A stretch of DNA of 64,000 nucleotides, taken from Lama guanicoe. Lineage: Eukaryota. The position numbers and the translations under genes were made by a program. This document shows positions 1 through 12,955 of this stretch, in pieces. Positions within the stretch are counted from its first letter, which is position 1. Each line of letters begins with the position of its first letter. Location: positions 868,001-932,000 of the forward strand of contig MU053472.1 in the NCBI GenBank assembly GCA_013239625.1, in the 5' to 3' direction. The notes under the pieces are model-generated. The model was not told where the DNA came from. It made no database searches and worked only from the letters and a program-made list of their open reading frames with translations.

Positions 1-184
1 AGCCATCCAATTCGACAGCCAATAGCGGTGGCTCTTTCGATGTAAATGTAATTTAATTTAGATTAAATTAAAAGTTCATCTCCTCAGTCGCACTAACCAG
101 ACTTCAAGTGCTCAACAGCCGTAAGTGGCTACTGGCCACCATACAGCCATTTCCATCACCGCAGAAACTTCTATTGGACAGTGT
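1..184 (-). mobile_element. MER3-type hAT-Charlie MITE
   Basis: Reverse complement of remembered MER3 motifs (ttcatctcctcagtcgcactaaccagacttcaagtgctcaacagcc...tttccatcaccgcagaaacttctattggacag). Confidence 0.8.
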
Positions 185-299
185 GGACTTTTATCGGTTC
201 TATGTTTCACAATTTAATGTTGTCTCTATTTTGAAACACGGGTGCTGGCCGAGAAACAAAATCTCATTATATAGGTTTCCAAAGACCTAAATATTGCTC

Positions 300-420
300 T
301 GGTCCTAAGCCACGAATTTGCTATGTGACTTTAAGAAAGTCAGCCTCTCTGGGCCTCAGCTTGCTCGTCTGTAAAAAGAAGGAGCTGATGGAGAAGGCCC
401 TTCCATCTCTGACTCAGTCT
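300..420 (+). mobile_element. MIR-family SINE (MIR3/MIRc-like)
   Basis: Core ctctctgggcctcagcttgctcgtctgtaaaa and tail ggcccttccatctctgactc. Confidence 0.7.
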
Positions 421-691
421 GGTCCCACCACGGGAAACGGGAACTGCGGTTTCTGTCCTGGCAGGAAGAGGCAGGGGTGGGGGATGAGGGAGGAGGAGGA
501 AGAGGAGATGGTTAATGGCTCCCAGATTCCTGCCTTTGATCAGGTAGTCTGGAGTGAGGTAAGGGGTGGTGGGAGGGTGAGAGGAAACAGAGGCCAGGTG
601 AGTGGTCAAGTGAGAGGGGCAGCAGCCCAGCTAGAAAGAAGCGAACTGTCTTCTGCCCCGGGCCTCTCTCCACCCAAGAAAAAGCTAAGTC

Positions 692-978
692 CCATATGGT
701 TACCGGGGGGAAGGTGGGATAAAGGGATAAGTGGGAGTTTGGGCGTTGCAGATACTAACTACTGTACAGAAAATAGATCAACAACAAGGTCCTGCTGTAC
801 AGCACAGCCAGTACCTTGTAATGGCCTATAATGAAAAAGAATACGAAAAGAAACATATATATGTATGTATAACTGAATCACTATGCTGGACACCAGAAAT
901 TAACACAATATTGTAAACTGACTATACGTCAATAAAAATATTTACTAACCTCAAAAAGAAAAAGAATGGAAAAAAAAG
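692..978 (+). mobile_element. LINE-1 3' UTR fragment (cetartiodactyl-type) with A-rich tail
   Basis: gggagtttggg...aacaacaaggtcctgctgtacagcacag...tataactgaatcactatgctggacaccagaaattaacacaatattgtaaactgactatac, then aataaa and A-rich tail. Confidence 0.85.
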
Positions 979-1504
979 ACAAGGTTGAGTCATAGCGAAT
1001 CCTAGCTCTCCCCCTAACTGAAGCCCCACGCACCTGGCATAGTGCAGACAGGGCACGCATTTGTGGCAACAATGAGTTAATCACCTGCCTATACATTTTC
1101 TGTTTTCTTTTTTTTTTTACCTTCAGTTTTCTTGAGGTATAATTGACAAATAAAACTGTAAGATACTAAAAAACCCTGCCCAGGGCTGGCCCCTCCCATC
1201 CCTCCTTTATTCTAAGGGGACGGGGCCAGCCCCTGATCACTCCTCCCCTGCTACCCACCCAGCTCTCCAGTCCTTGCGGTCCTGCAGCAAATTCAAAGAC
1301 AACCTGAGGGCTGATGTGCCTAGAGGAGAAGGAAAATTGTGCAGGTTGGGGAGGGAGGAGAGGGGCTCACTGACATTAGCTGCTTTGAAATAGGAAAAGG
1401 GCACCCTTTTATGAGCAGTTGGCTTTGGAGACTGAAGCATATAACTGGAAAGAATCAGAAATTATCTTTGGGGTGGGAGTAGGACTTTCCAGTGGGGAGA
1501 CAGC

Positions 1505-1680
1505 CCTAGACTGGGGGTCAGGTTTCCAATCCTAACTCCTTGGGTAAGTTATTTAACCTCTCGAAGCCTCAGTTTCCTCATCTGTAAAATGGAACCCAGG
1601 ATCCAGTAACAGCTGTGAGCAAGAAACGAGGCTGACCGTGAGTGTAGATGCCCAGCACGTATTAGGGAGCACACGTGTTT
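1505..1680 (+). mobile_element. MIR SINE
   Basis: ttgggtaagttatttaacctctcgaagcctcagtttcctcatctgtaaaatgg core. Confidence 0.8.
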
Positions 1681-2889
1681 TGGAGCCCTCTGAAATCTGA
1701 GCCTGTATTCCCGCAGGGCACCCTGTGCACCGGGCCCTGACAGTCACTCCTAACCCAGGGCTCTAACTGCACAGCAGGGAAGGGGCCCTGGATCCTTTGA
1801 TCTCACAGTTAGTTTGGAAGCATCTCTGGAGGGTAGGTGGGGTGGGGAAGGGTGGGGAGAGGGCACTAGCGTCTGAGCCCGCTTGGCTCAGGCCCAGGAG
1901 CCGGGGTTTCAAAGGTGAGCTTCAAAGGCAGGGCTGTATTAATGTGGCTTCTTTTGTACCTGCTCAAGGAAGGAAAACAAGCCAGTGCCCCCTCCTGCCC
2001 CAGGATGGCAGCTCAGATCCCAGGAGATACCCCCTGCCCCATTCATGTCCCAATATGGTTAGTTTGATCTCTCCATCTGCAGGATTTCTGTCTCATCAGA
2101 GCAATGATGGAGGAGTTGATTAGGGTGGGCCCTGCCTTGGCTCACCTGTGGCCCCAGGCTGCCCGGGGGGTTCTGGTGATGAGATGGGGGTGGGGAATGT
2201 GAGGGAAGGAAGGCAGCTTCAATGGGATGGGGAGCAATGAAGCAGACCGGGCAGGGAGAGGTTTGGGACCAGGAAATTGGCTGCGAGTGGTGGCAGAAAG
2301 GTGCCTGCTGGGGCCTGTAGGCAGGGGGGGAGGCTGAGAGGGATGTCCTGTCACCACTCCCCCTCCCCCAGCCCTCAGAGGAGGTGGCTTACCTGTCACC
2401 AGATCTGAGAGGGCCTTCCCCTCCTCTTCCTTCACTGGCTAGTCCTCTCCCTGGCCAGCACAGGAGGGGGGCCCCTGCTGGGCTCCCCCACCCCAGGGGC
2501 CTGGCAGTGCCAGCATCTCTGTGACCCCACAGGTGCCCTGGCTGGGCTCCAGCGAGGGGAAGGGGTGAGGGGAAGGTGAGAGTTATAGCCCCTCCCACAG
2601 TGGGGCCAGAGCCACTGCAGTGGAACCTGGCTGGGGCAGGAGGTGGCCGGAAGATGAAGTGCTTATTCTTCTGTCAGGTTACTCACACCTTGGCCTGAAA
2701 CCCTGGGGGAGCCGCCCTGGCAGAAAAGTCGCCCACTGCTTGGTCCTCTGTCTTGACCCCTCCCAGTAGGAGAAGTTTCAAAAGTTCTAGAACCTCGGAC
2801 AAGCAGAATTCTCTTGAGATTGCTTTGCAGATCTTAGATTTCTAAGTGGACCACCCTATGCCACTCCTGGGGAATGGTCCAAGTGTAAA

Positions 2890-3105
2890 TTCATTCATTC
2901 ATCCATCCATCATCCATTCATTCATTCATGCAGCAACATTTTATTGAGCATCTGCATGTGTCAGGCACCCTTGCCATGAGTCTATAATTTAGGCATGATT
3001 ATGCCCATTTTATAGATGAGGAAACTGAGGGCTGAGAGGTTAGGCAAATTGCCCGAGGTCACAGGGCAGTGAGGCTGGCAGACCTCTTAGTGTTCGAAGC
3101 CCACT
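2890..3105 (-). mobile_element. L2 3' tail with (TTCA/TCCA)n followed by a MIR
   Basis: ttcattcatccatcc...caacattttattgagcatctgcatgtgtcaggcac, then cccattttatagatgaggaaactgagg...ggtcacag. Confidence 0.75.
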
Positions 3106-3239
3106 GTGCTGCCTGGTATGTCTGGTCTTGGCTCAGCTGCTGGAGGACCCTGAGTGAGCGCTACTCTTGGCACGCAGCTACACTGTTGATTATCTGGTCC
3201 ACACATTGTCATTGGGAAAGTAAGGTCGATTGACTGGCT

Positions 3240-3452
3240 CAGTGCTTCCTTTGACCCTGGCTGCATATTAGTATTTTAAAAATATGTTAAATAATTAAAC
3301 ATTTAAAATATATTTTAAAAGACCCTCCCCCATCCCCCACCTAGCCCAAGAAATTCTGTTTTAATTGGCTTGGGCTGGGCCGAAGGCATTAGTATTTCTT
3401 AAAACTCCCTAGGTGATTCAGGGTTGCAGCCAGGGCTGAGAATCCCTTGGAC
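3240..3452. mobile_element. MER5-type hAT-Charlie element
   Basis: cagtgcttc...ccctggctgcatattag...aattctgttttaattggcttgggctggg...aaactccctaggtgattc...gcagccagggctgagaatcc; quasi-palindromic ends. Confidence 0.7.
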
Positions 3453-4199
3453 TAGATGGCGGCTAGTTCTCAGGGCCTAAGGGTGGAGCCCAGCGCCTTC
3501 CCTAGGCTGGGAGTCTCTGTGCTCAGGATGGTTATACCGTGAAGAAACATGGGCAGCTGTCTCTTTAAGGAGATGGAGCGCGGGGAGCCAGCAGAGGGCC
3601 CAGCCCTGTAGGCCAGGTGGCCCGGAGCAGGCTGGGGAGGAGCAGGTGCCTCCACAGGAGCCCAGGGAGGCAAACTTCCAAAGGGAGGCAGGAAGGAGGG
3701 GAAACTCCTTCAGGCCTGGGGTGGGAGCAGAGGGTAGCGGTCCCCCCTTCTCTGGAGAGAAGCAGCTCCTTGGTTGTTCTGACCCTCTGGGAGGGATGGA
3801 GACAGGCCACGCGAACAGCAGGACCTCTGGGGAAGGTGACCCGGCGCCCTTGGCCACCTGCCCTGCCATCCCTGCACACGGTGTTCTCACACGCGGTCCC
3901 CACGTGGGAGGGGGGAGCTAGGGGCACCTTGACTCTCCCTCCAGAAAGATCTGCTGACAGAGACAAGCTTCCCCGCCCCCACCCTCTCTGGCTGTGGCTG
4001 GCGGGCACCTCAAGCAGTTCCGGCTGGGGAGCGCCTCCTCCCCTGCTCCTGCCCCTGTGCCCACGGCCCACACGCTATCAGCTTCAGCAATCCCAGGGTC
4101 TGTGTGAGCTGCTCAGAACTTGCGGGCCCAGGGAAGGGAGAAGAAAGGGCTTTGGAGACCTGGGCCTGTCCTTCCTCTATTCAGATTTTAGCTAAAGTC

Positions 4200-4352
4200 G
4201 GACTTCTCCACCGGCAGACACACATCACCCCCAGATCTAGTTAAAATACAAATTCTGATTCGGTAGGGAGAGCGTGACACCTTGCACTCCTACCAAACTC
4301 TCAGGTGCTGCTGCCTGTCTGTGGACCACAATGGGAGAAGCCAGGGGCTGGA
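4200..4352. mobile_element. MER5A-like hAT-Charlie element
   Basis: gttaaaatacaaattctgattcggtagg...aaactctcaggtgctgctgcctgtctgtggaccacaatgggagaagc. Confidence 0.6.
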
Positions 4353-4799
4353 ACACCCCCATGTCTGTCCTCTGAGCCCAGCCCTCTGATGGGCCTGCAA
4401 GCAGCTGGCATTCACCAGGGTAGGGCCAGGCTGGGCGGGCAGCCACCAGCCCCTGGTGCCCCTAAGGAACAAGCGGTCCTCACCAGCCTGGCACGTGGCA
4501 CCATGGATGGCTCAGCGCCCAGAACGGGAAAACATAAAATCTCATTTCAAGCCCCAATGATGGTTTGGTTCAGCTTTCCTAGCTTTTTAGGAACTTGATT
4601 CCATGCATTTTTCTTAAATGCAAGGCTGCAAGGCACCTGTTTAAAATGATTTTCCCCTCTACATCTGAGTAGAGACAAGCAAAGGGAGGAGGATGCTTTT
4701 CTTTCCCTTTCCCAGGGCTCTGCCGTGTCTGTTTTGACATCTGTCCTTGCCGACTGCTCTCGTCTGTCTCTGCTCTTCCCTTGAACTAGTGCAGGGCTT

Positions 4800-5200
4800 T
4801 GCAGCGCACAGCTCTGAGTCTGAGTCCTTCCTTTGCCAGAGTGCAATAGCACTGTGACTTGGGGCAAGTCTCTTCTCTCAGTTTCTTCAGTTATAAAATG
4901 GGCTCATTAACAGGTGCTTCATGGAGCGGTTGTGAATATTTTTATAAAGATCATAAAATTTAAAGCACTTGATAAAGTGAAAGGGACTTGCCAATGATAC
5001 AGGGTAGCAGTTAAGAGCACAGGTGCTGGAGCCAAAGGGTCTAGAATTGAATCCAGACTTCACCAGTTATTAGCTGTGCAGCCTTGGGTAAGTCATCTAA
5101 CTGCTCTGAGCCCCACTTTCCACATTTATAAGAAAATGATATTATTACCCAACAGAAGTAGGTTGAAGAGGTATGGATCAGCACTGGGGCCTGACATAGT
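4800..5200 (+). mobile_element. Two adjacent MIR SINEs
   Basis: ctgtgacttggggcaagtc...cagtttcttcagttataaaatggg, and gcagttaagagcacagg...agctgtgcagccttgggtaagtcatctaac. Confidence 0.7.
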
Positions 5201-5869
5201 CACACTCACACGCCCCACACTGGGCTTGTACTGTTTCCATCCTGATTTCCAACCCCCACCCTTGATGTCCCTGTGTATTGTTGATGGCTGCATACTATTC
5301 CATCAGATGAATGTATGGAAATAGGTGGCCTAAATCTTTTACTATTGATCATTATGGTTGTTGAGTTGGGCTCTGGAGTGAAGACAAGGAGGGCCCAATA
5401 GTCATTTCCTTTCCTTTTCAGCCACCTGGATGAAAGGCTGCTCCCTGGTTTACAAGCTCCTCACCCAAGGCTCTGGCCAGCTGGCCTCTTCACTCTTAGT
5501 ACCTCCTTCTAGTCAGGGAGCACAGAGTCCTTTTCCTCCTAGGGGTTCCTTTGTTAACCCCTGATGTTGCAGTGCTGGGAGCCGGATGTTACAATTTGCC
5601 CACTGCTGTTAGAACAGGACAAGTAACCCAACAGAAATATTCAGGATACAGGGGCAGACGAGCTGGTGAGAAGCAGAGGCCTTCTTGATGCTGAGGGAAA
5701 AAATGCAGGTGGAGATGAGTGATGGACGTGCTCAGGGCCTCTGTACAATCCCCTCACATTCTGTTGCTGCTGGAGGAGGACTTCCTGGAGGTGGTGATGG
5801 TCCCTGGGCAACAGGGTGAGCACAGATGAGTGAGGAAGACTTTATCCCTTTCCATTCTCTCAGGGTGTT

Positions 5870-6040
5870 TCCCCACTTACTAGTGGTGGGGCCTGGGAAG
5901 GATTCAACCCCTCTGAGCCTCAGTTTCCTCATCTGCTAAAGGGGGATAAAAGAGCATCTACTTCCTGGGGCAGCTGGATTTCACGAAACCATACCTGTAA
6001 ACCAGCGCACGCACCTTAGTGAGGGTTCAGAGAATGTCAC
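5870..6040 (+). mobile_element. MIR SINE
   Basis: cctctgagcctcagtttcctcatctgctaaagggggataa. Confidence 0.75.
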
Positions 6041-6679
6041 TGGAATATCACTGCCACTCCCAGTGTTAGTCTATCCATCCCCTCTCTCTGACCCACCACC
6101 CCTTCCCCAGCATCTCATTGTCACCAACACTTTTACAGCCTTTCCCCTCCAGTAAATTCAGGCTCTCCTGTGCGAGACATTACTGAGAAGCAGGACTTAC
6201 TCTGGAATTGTGCAAAGAACCACTGAAAACACAAGGCCCTGGTGTGAGGGCCCACCCTGTCCCCACTGGGGCAGCATGTCCAGAGGCCATGGGGATGTGG
6301 GGTGGGGGTGACAGAAAAGACACACATCCCGGGGGGCTGGGTCCCAGGAATTGGAGGTTCCCAGCTTTAAGAGCACGACCTATGTTGGGGTAGCGTAGTT
6401 TCAGAAAGGACTGTATAAAGTCACCTTCCATATCTTCAGAAGACCCAACAGGAGTCAGTGGATTAAGTTAAAGCAGCAGAGATTTGAGTGGGCCACAAGG
6501 CAGGCTCTCTTGATAGTCGGAGATAACAGGCAGGAGAGGCCGAGGGAACGAGGCTGTGTCCCAGAAAGGAGGCCTGGAACAGATTAGGTCCGAGAGCTGG
6601 CGTGGGGCCCCCAGGAATGCCGGACCATTGCACAAACTGCAGGCAGGAGGGCGGGTTATCTCACCTCTGCTGGTCTAGA

Positions 6680-7035
6680 ATTCAGTAATTCAATTTTGGT
6701 GTGATACCGAAACTTCCTTTAAGCTCAAAGTTAAAAATAATCTATATGAGCTTGAATGTGGCATTCAGCAAAGGCCTTCATCGACAGGGGCCCCCACCCT
6801 CACCCTCCAAGCTTCCTGAAGGCACGTTTTGGCTGAGAGACAAAGTTCGAGGTGTGAAACCCAACTGTCGATACCGTCACTCTCCGCAATCAGGCAGAAT
6901 TAATTGTGTGAACACCATTGATCAAACCACTTACTACTTACAGGGACTGAGAAGGAGCTGAAATGTAATTTCATTACCAACCTGCTCACCCCTAATGAAA
7001 CTCTTAATAACGCTCTAATTTTTCTTTCAGATAAG
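6680..7035. promoter_or_regulatory. Candidate non-coding regulatory element (homeodomain-rich)
   Basis: Unique, repeat-free and AT-richer than its flanks, with several TAAT cores including a P3-type TAATttcATTA at 6966-6976. Confidence 0.45.
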
Positions 7036-7727
7036 GGCTGATGGGTGGGAGTGGGGGAGAGGAGGTGGGGGGAGGGACAGAAACTTATTTTCTCTTCTTT
7101 GCTCGACTCCGTCTAGAGAGATCCAAGTTAAACACCTGCTCCCAGGAGCAGCTTGTCAAAAGTCACCTTAAAAGACTGTGGTCAACCCTGAGATTCGCGC
7201 CCGGGATGGGATGGGGGTGGGGGGTGAGGTGGAAGAGAGCCCCAGGTCATCCTAAACTGCAAACAAGGTTAACAAAAATCAATTCTGATTTGCCTTAAGG
7301 TGATTATTCAGTGATTCGAGGGCAGCTGATACCTTTTTAGGCTGCAAGCAAAACACGTGGTTTCTCTGGGCAAGGGGCGGGGGTGGAGGGGTATGAGCAG
7401 AAGTGGTCTTGGGTTCAAAATGTCAGAGGATGACAGCTCCGAGGGCGGGTTGGGAAGGGTCATAAAGTAGCATGGTGCCCAAGCAGTGTGAGTCCTGGCT
7501 CAAGTCCTAAGCGGGTTCAAGTCCCTTTCTGGGACCCACATGCACGGACACGGAGAGCACAGGGTGTGAGCACGGACGGCACGCCCACGTGTACACATAC
7601 AGGCACGGACCAATGCAAGTTCCATACGGGCAGAAACACCGTCACGCTGGCTGTTTTCTCCTGCGCCTCAAAGAATGTTTGAAATGTAGCAAGCACTCTA
7701 TAGATATTTAGAAATTATGCCCAAACA

Positions 7728-7757
7728 GCGCGCGCACGCGCACACACACACACACAA
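7728..7757. repeat. (GC)n/(CA)n alternating purine-pyrimidine tract
   Basis: gcgcgcgcacgcgcacacacacacacaca. Confidence 0.9.
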
Positions 7758-8799
7758 ACGTCCTGCATGCACGCAGGCTTGCGTGCACATGAGTGCACCC
7801 ACCCCTCCACCCTTTTGTTCTCTGGAGGGCAGGGAACCTGCCGGTTTTATTTGCCATTTTATCCCCGGCATCTAGGGCTCTCCACACCTGCGCAGAAAAG
7901 AGCTGGATGAAGCCTGCCTCCAGCAGAGCTGCTCTGCTCCCAGGCTCACATCACCCTTCCTTCAAAGCTCTGCTAAGACCCCTCACCCAGGAGGTGCCCC
8001 CTGCGCTGCGGTCCTCAGGGGTAGCCTGCTCACCTGCGTGATGTCTGCTTATGCTGGCTGCTCTGGGTGTCTTTAACACGGGCCTCCCTCGCTAGACTTT
8101 CGTCTTCCCAGATCGCCCCCTTCTCCCTGCTCTACACCAGACCAAGAACCATTGAGAGGAGGGACCCTCTGCCCCATCAAAGCAGGAGTGCCTGGATCTC
8201 ACTCAACGCCCCCATCAGACTGCAGGTCCTCCCATTGGTCTGAGAGTTTCAGAGGGGATAAGGTTTCCTCATTGGATTCTTGTACGAGATCCTCTCTCCG
8301 TTTGTTTGGGCTGGTGGGATGACACCCCTCCCCTTTTGTTTAACTTCCCTGCTGGACCCTCTGAAGTCTCCCAGTGCCCGACAGATGCTAGAAAGCCAGC
8401 CTCGTGCTCAGGTTCCAAGGTGAAGCTCACAGAGGGGTAGGGAGGCAGACGAGAGGGAAACAGCACAAACAACTGGGCCCCAGGGGGTGTGCGTGCATGT
8501 GAGTGCGCGTGCATCGTGCACGAGTGCAGGCGGGTCCTACCTTCCAGAACCGAGCCAGTTTGGGCAGTAACAGCCAGGTTTCCAGGACCCAGACCCACAG
8601 TGCTCTGCCCAGGACTCCCCTAACCCACCTCAGGCCCTAAAACTGTGGCCTTTCTGGGCTCTGGCATGTCAGACAGGCACCCCTCACATTCAGATCCTCA
8701 CCTCCACCTCCCACCTCCTGCCCCAGCTCCCTTTACCTGGCTTCTGAGGCCCGGGAGGAGGGAGGGAGAGGCAGGGTGAGAGGTAGGGGCAGTGGAGGA

Positions 8800-8980
8800 T
8801 AGTTATTTACAAAGCCTGTGCCCTGGGGACCCTTGTCCTGGACAACAATTACAACCCCTTAATTAACTGAAATGCAGTCCGCCTGTCGATGGAGGCATGT
8901 CCCCCACCGAAGTTTGCTGTGCCGGCCGCTGTCTAGTACTGGTTAATGAATATAAATCAGATAGTTTATAGTTAGCAAGC
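8800..8980. promoter_or_regulatory. Candidate non-coding regulatory element
   Basis: tatttac, caatta, TTAATTAA (8859-8866), ttaatgaat and ataaatca in unique sequence with retained CpGs. Confidence 0.4.
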
Positions 8981-9617
8981 AGGGAACAGGCTGGCCAGGG
9001 CCTGAATTCCAATGCAGAATGCCTGAGGATAGGAACATACCCTCCATAACAGAGGCCAGGGCACCCATGGTGGGCAGCTCCAGTCGGGGGCGGGGGTAAA
9101 GCCTGCCCACCTTGCTCTCGGGCTCTGAGTGCACACACAGGTATACGTGCAGCCCGTGCACAGAAGGAGCACTCAGCACAGCCATTACGCACCCACAGAA
9201 TGAACACCCGTACGGCCCACGCCCCCAACAAGACACGTGCAAACACTGACAAAGCACCGTCCCCCCGGAACCCCTGACCCCTGCCCTCTTCTGAGATCCA
9301 TAGAGCCTCGGCTCTGGGCAGCTTCTCCCTCAGATGCCACAGCCTGTGCCCACTGTCCCCTGCAAGAGCTAGATTTACTATGATCCCCAGGCCAGCTCCC
9401 CCTGATTTCAGGGGTCAGCCCAGGCCGGGATGCTGACCTGCTTCCTCCTCCCCGGGCTGGAGTTGCTGGGCAGACCTCACCTAGGAGGGGCTGTGCTGCG
9501 GTCATGCTGGCTGTAGAACACTGACTCCAGGCAGAGAGGCTTCTAGAATGTGTGTGGGGATTTTACCCAAGGTCTTCACAGTTGCAGGTGAAGTAGGCTG
9601 ACATGGTCCTAGCCCAG

Positions 9618-9773
9618 GGCAGGGTTCATGGACTGTGCGCACAGGGCCCCACAGTTAGAAGGTTTAATGGTTTGATGCTCTTCCGTCGCTGTCTTGGAAG
9701 TGTTCACGATTCTGAACGAGGAGCCCTGCATTTTTATTTTGCAATGGACACCCCAAATGTCATAGCCTGTCCT
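9618..9773 (+). mobile_element. MER91-type hAT-Tip100 element
   Basis: gggttcatgg...gcacagggcccc...gagccctgcatttttattttgcaatggacaccccaaatgtcatagcctgtcctg matches the remembered MER91A layout. Confidence 0.75.
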
Positions 9774-12700
9774 GTTCTCACCCTTGACATAGGGCCAGTG
9801 GGACCAGACTGTGTGCAAAGTGTGAGTTTGGGGTTTTGTTATTTAGGGAGTCCCCGAATAGAACTCTAGTGACAAAGATCACTTGTGGAAAGTGTGCTTT
9901 ACCCAGACCTGGGCTCTGTCCTGCTGTCTTTGTCACCTGGGCAAGTCACCTCACCTCTCTGGGTCCCACGTTCATGCTTCTCAGGAAGAGGCCAAACCTT
10001 GGAATCTTGGCACCCACTGCAAGTAGACACACACACACAGCAGAGCCACAGCCTCAAATAGAGCAGCATTGCTGCCTCTGGAGAGGTAAGTGAGGGTGTC
10101 CCCACACCCAGGCAAGTCCAGACAAGCTGCTTCGGAAATCCAGAGAGCAGCCAACACCTTTCCCAGGCTTGCTTACTCCCCCACTAGGAGGTGGGGGCTC
10201 CAGCTGCGGAGGATGGGGGTGGTTATGGCTTTTGTGGGGGCAGATAAAGTAATTGGCATCTGCAGCTCGATGACACCCCTGCGTTCTGCCTGGCTGGTCA
10301 GGGCTGGGAGGGGCGACAATTATTTACTCCTTCTGGGCTCCCCTGCCGGGAGAGCTATGGGGAGGAGGGAGAGGATCTGCGGGTTTTGGAGACAAAGGAA
10401 AATGATCCTATGACCACAGCGATGGCATGAGAGGCAGGGTGCAGGGACGCCAGAGAGGGGGCCAGGGCAGCGGCTGGGGGTGCAGGGTGTGCACGTGCCA
10501 GGGTGCCCACATGGCCCAGGCTACTGGAGCAAGGGGGCACCCCCTAACCTGGGCCCCCAAACCTCCCATCCCCGCCGTTGAAGGATGCCTCTCCTAGGGG
10601 CTTCTGGTCTGTTGGGGAAGGGCCCTCTCGCACATGCTGCTGGCACCTCTGAAGCCTTGCAGTCTGCTAGTCTGTGTGGCGGGGCAGCGCTGCAGGGGTA
10701 CCATCCAGCCTCCCCCTTTCCACAGCGCAGGGGAGGGGCAGTTGCTTAGTTAGGTGCTTTTCCTTCTTGATGGAGCCGACTGGGGAAGAGGCTGGAGGCG
10801 GTGAGCTTGGCCTGAGCCTCCTGCCTCTGCGGGTGGGTCTTTCCCAGAAGCATCTCCCAACCCTGGCTAAACTACTGTCAATGCACCCATTTCACAGATG
10901 GAAAAGTAGAGAAGGCACTCGCTCCCTGGAGCCCTGCAGCCACATTAAATGCTGAAGCTCAGGGGATGTGTCCCTGACTCCAGACTGGGGCCCTGTAAGG
11001 AGGTCAGCACCCCCAACCCCTAATCCCTCCTCCACATACACATCGCATAAACCCAGCTGGGGACAGGCACTCCAGGTCCCGGCAGACTGGGGAAAGGAGG
11101 GCCCCCTCCTGGGGGCTCCAGTGCTCTGCCCGGTGTGTCCTAATAAGCCCTTTCACAGACGGGGAAGACCTGCTGATCTTTACAGTTCCTCCTCCCCCTG
11201 CCTGCCAGGGTGGGGACCCGTGGAGACAGGGAGGGTGTGAGGAAGAGACTTCACAAAGACTGAAGCCAGAGGAGGTGCTAGAAGAGGTCTGCACTGGGAC
11301 TTATTTGGAGCTGAAATCCATTTGACTCTTAGCCCAGAGCACCCATGACACTCAGATAATGCCTCCTCCTAAGGAACGGGGCTCCCAGAGTTGGGGCGGG
11401 ATGGCCAGAGGGAGGAGGGGTGGTTTGGTTCGGAATCTAGCCAGGCTTTGAGAGAGACTTGGTCCTCAATGGGGACATCCCATAAAATGAGTCTTTAAGA
11501 CATTCTTGGATGCCCAGGCTCTGTGGTCGCAACCAAGGGAGGCTTCTCAGAGGAGACAGAGTCAAGGGATGCTGGGAGCAGGGCAAGACCGAGCCCGGGC
11601 AAGGATGGGAGACCTGTGAACCAGCCCCAGCCTGCCCCCCAGGCTCTGAGATCAGCAGTGGCAGGAATGAAACAGCCCTTCCTTCATCTTGAGGTGAAGC
11701 AAGGTATTATGAGCTCAGGAAACGGGTTTCTGTTAGAGGATCGCTGACATCACCCCTTCAGACAGCGAGACGGATGGCATGGGGAGGCCCTTTCAGCTCA
11801 CGCCTGGCTCTGAAGGGCCAGAGTCAGGGTGCCGTGGACAGGCTCGGGCCGGGCATCGGGGGCACTGCCCCCACGGCTGGGGGCAGGGCAAGAAGGCAGC
11901 TCAAGTTCAGGTCTTCCCGTTCCACTCGGCAGCCTTGATCAGAACTCACCTCTTCTTCGAGGTCTCCTCAGACTGACCCCAGCCTGGCCCCGACCCACAG
12001 ATATCACCCCCTCACCTCCTCCTCCCAGGATTCAGGGAGGCAGGAGGGCACCTCCGACACTCACAGACCAGCCAACAAATCTGTCATTCCGCACTCCTCT
12101 GAGGAACGCGGGAAAGAGGCAAGGCAGCGAGGAGGAGAGGAAGGACCCTCTCCGCCCCTGGGCTGCTGATCTGAGCCCCAAAGCTAACTTGTCAGCCTGG
12201 CGGCAGGGGAGGGGAACGGACCCCGTCCCCAGCATCACCCAGCGGCTTGACGTAGCGGACCCACCTCTGCGTTCTGTCTCTGAATTCAGTGGCTGACCTT
12301 GGAACTCTGGGGGTCTGTGGCGCTAACGGACTGGGAGAGAGGGTGGCAGGGGTGGGGAAGGGTCTTGTGCAGGGATTTTTCTTGAGCCTCCTCAAACTAC
12401 CCCCTTCCCCCTGGACTTTCCAGCTGGAGAAAGCTCCATGACCTCTGTGGTCCTTAGTTCCCCTCTCTGCTAAAACCCCCTCCGAGGGCTAGTGGGAGAC
12501 AGAGGTAATCTGGGTCAAAAGCCTAGTCCACAGCCTGGATTATTATTATTAATTATTCTTTTCCCTAACCATGCTAAGTGTACACTTGTACATGACCGGG
12601 AGGGGGAGGTCCTTCTGCAGCCCCCGCGAAGGTCCAGACTCTCTTATTTCTCTCCCCATTCTCCAGAGATGACAAAAGCCTCCACCAGCCCAGCCCACGC

Positions 12701-12774
12701 TGGGGAATGTGTGTTTGGAGAGAGGCAAGGAAAGCGAGGAAAAGGTTGACTGCTTTTTCCACCCCTCCCTCCCT

Positions 12775-12955
12775 TCAGCATGGGTGACACTGGCGAGAAG
12801 CGAGCAGCTGACCCGGGTTTGAATTTAGAGTGTTCATTAATACGATATTATGCCATATGCTCCCGCACACTGTCTCCCTCTAATGCAGCCGCCAATTTGC
12901 TGAGCAGCCCTAATTAGTAATGGTATAATGAGAGTATTCAGAGGGTAATGTGGTG
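12775..12955. promoter_or_regulatory. Candidate conserved non-coding element (enhancer-like)
   Basis: Dense TAAT/ATTA cluster (cattaatacgatatta, ctaatgc, ctaattagtaatggtataatga, ggtaatg), CATATG and CAGCTG E-boxes, retained CpGs. Confidence 0.55.

Noticed and set aside
1829..1858. G-quadruplex-capable G-run clusters (also the C-rich run at ~28514-28537 and others)
   Set aside because: Common throughout this GC-rich region, with nothing singling one out.
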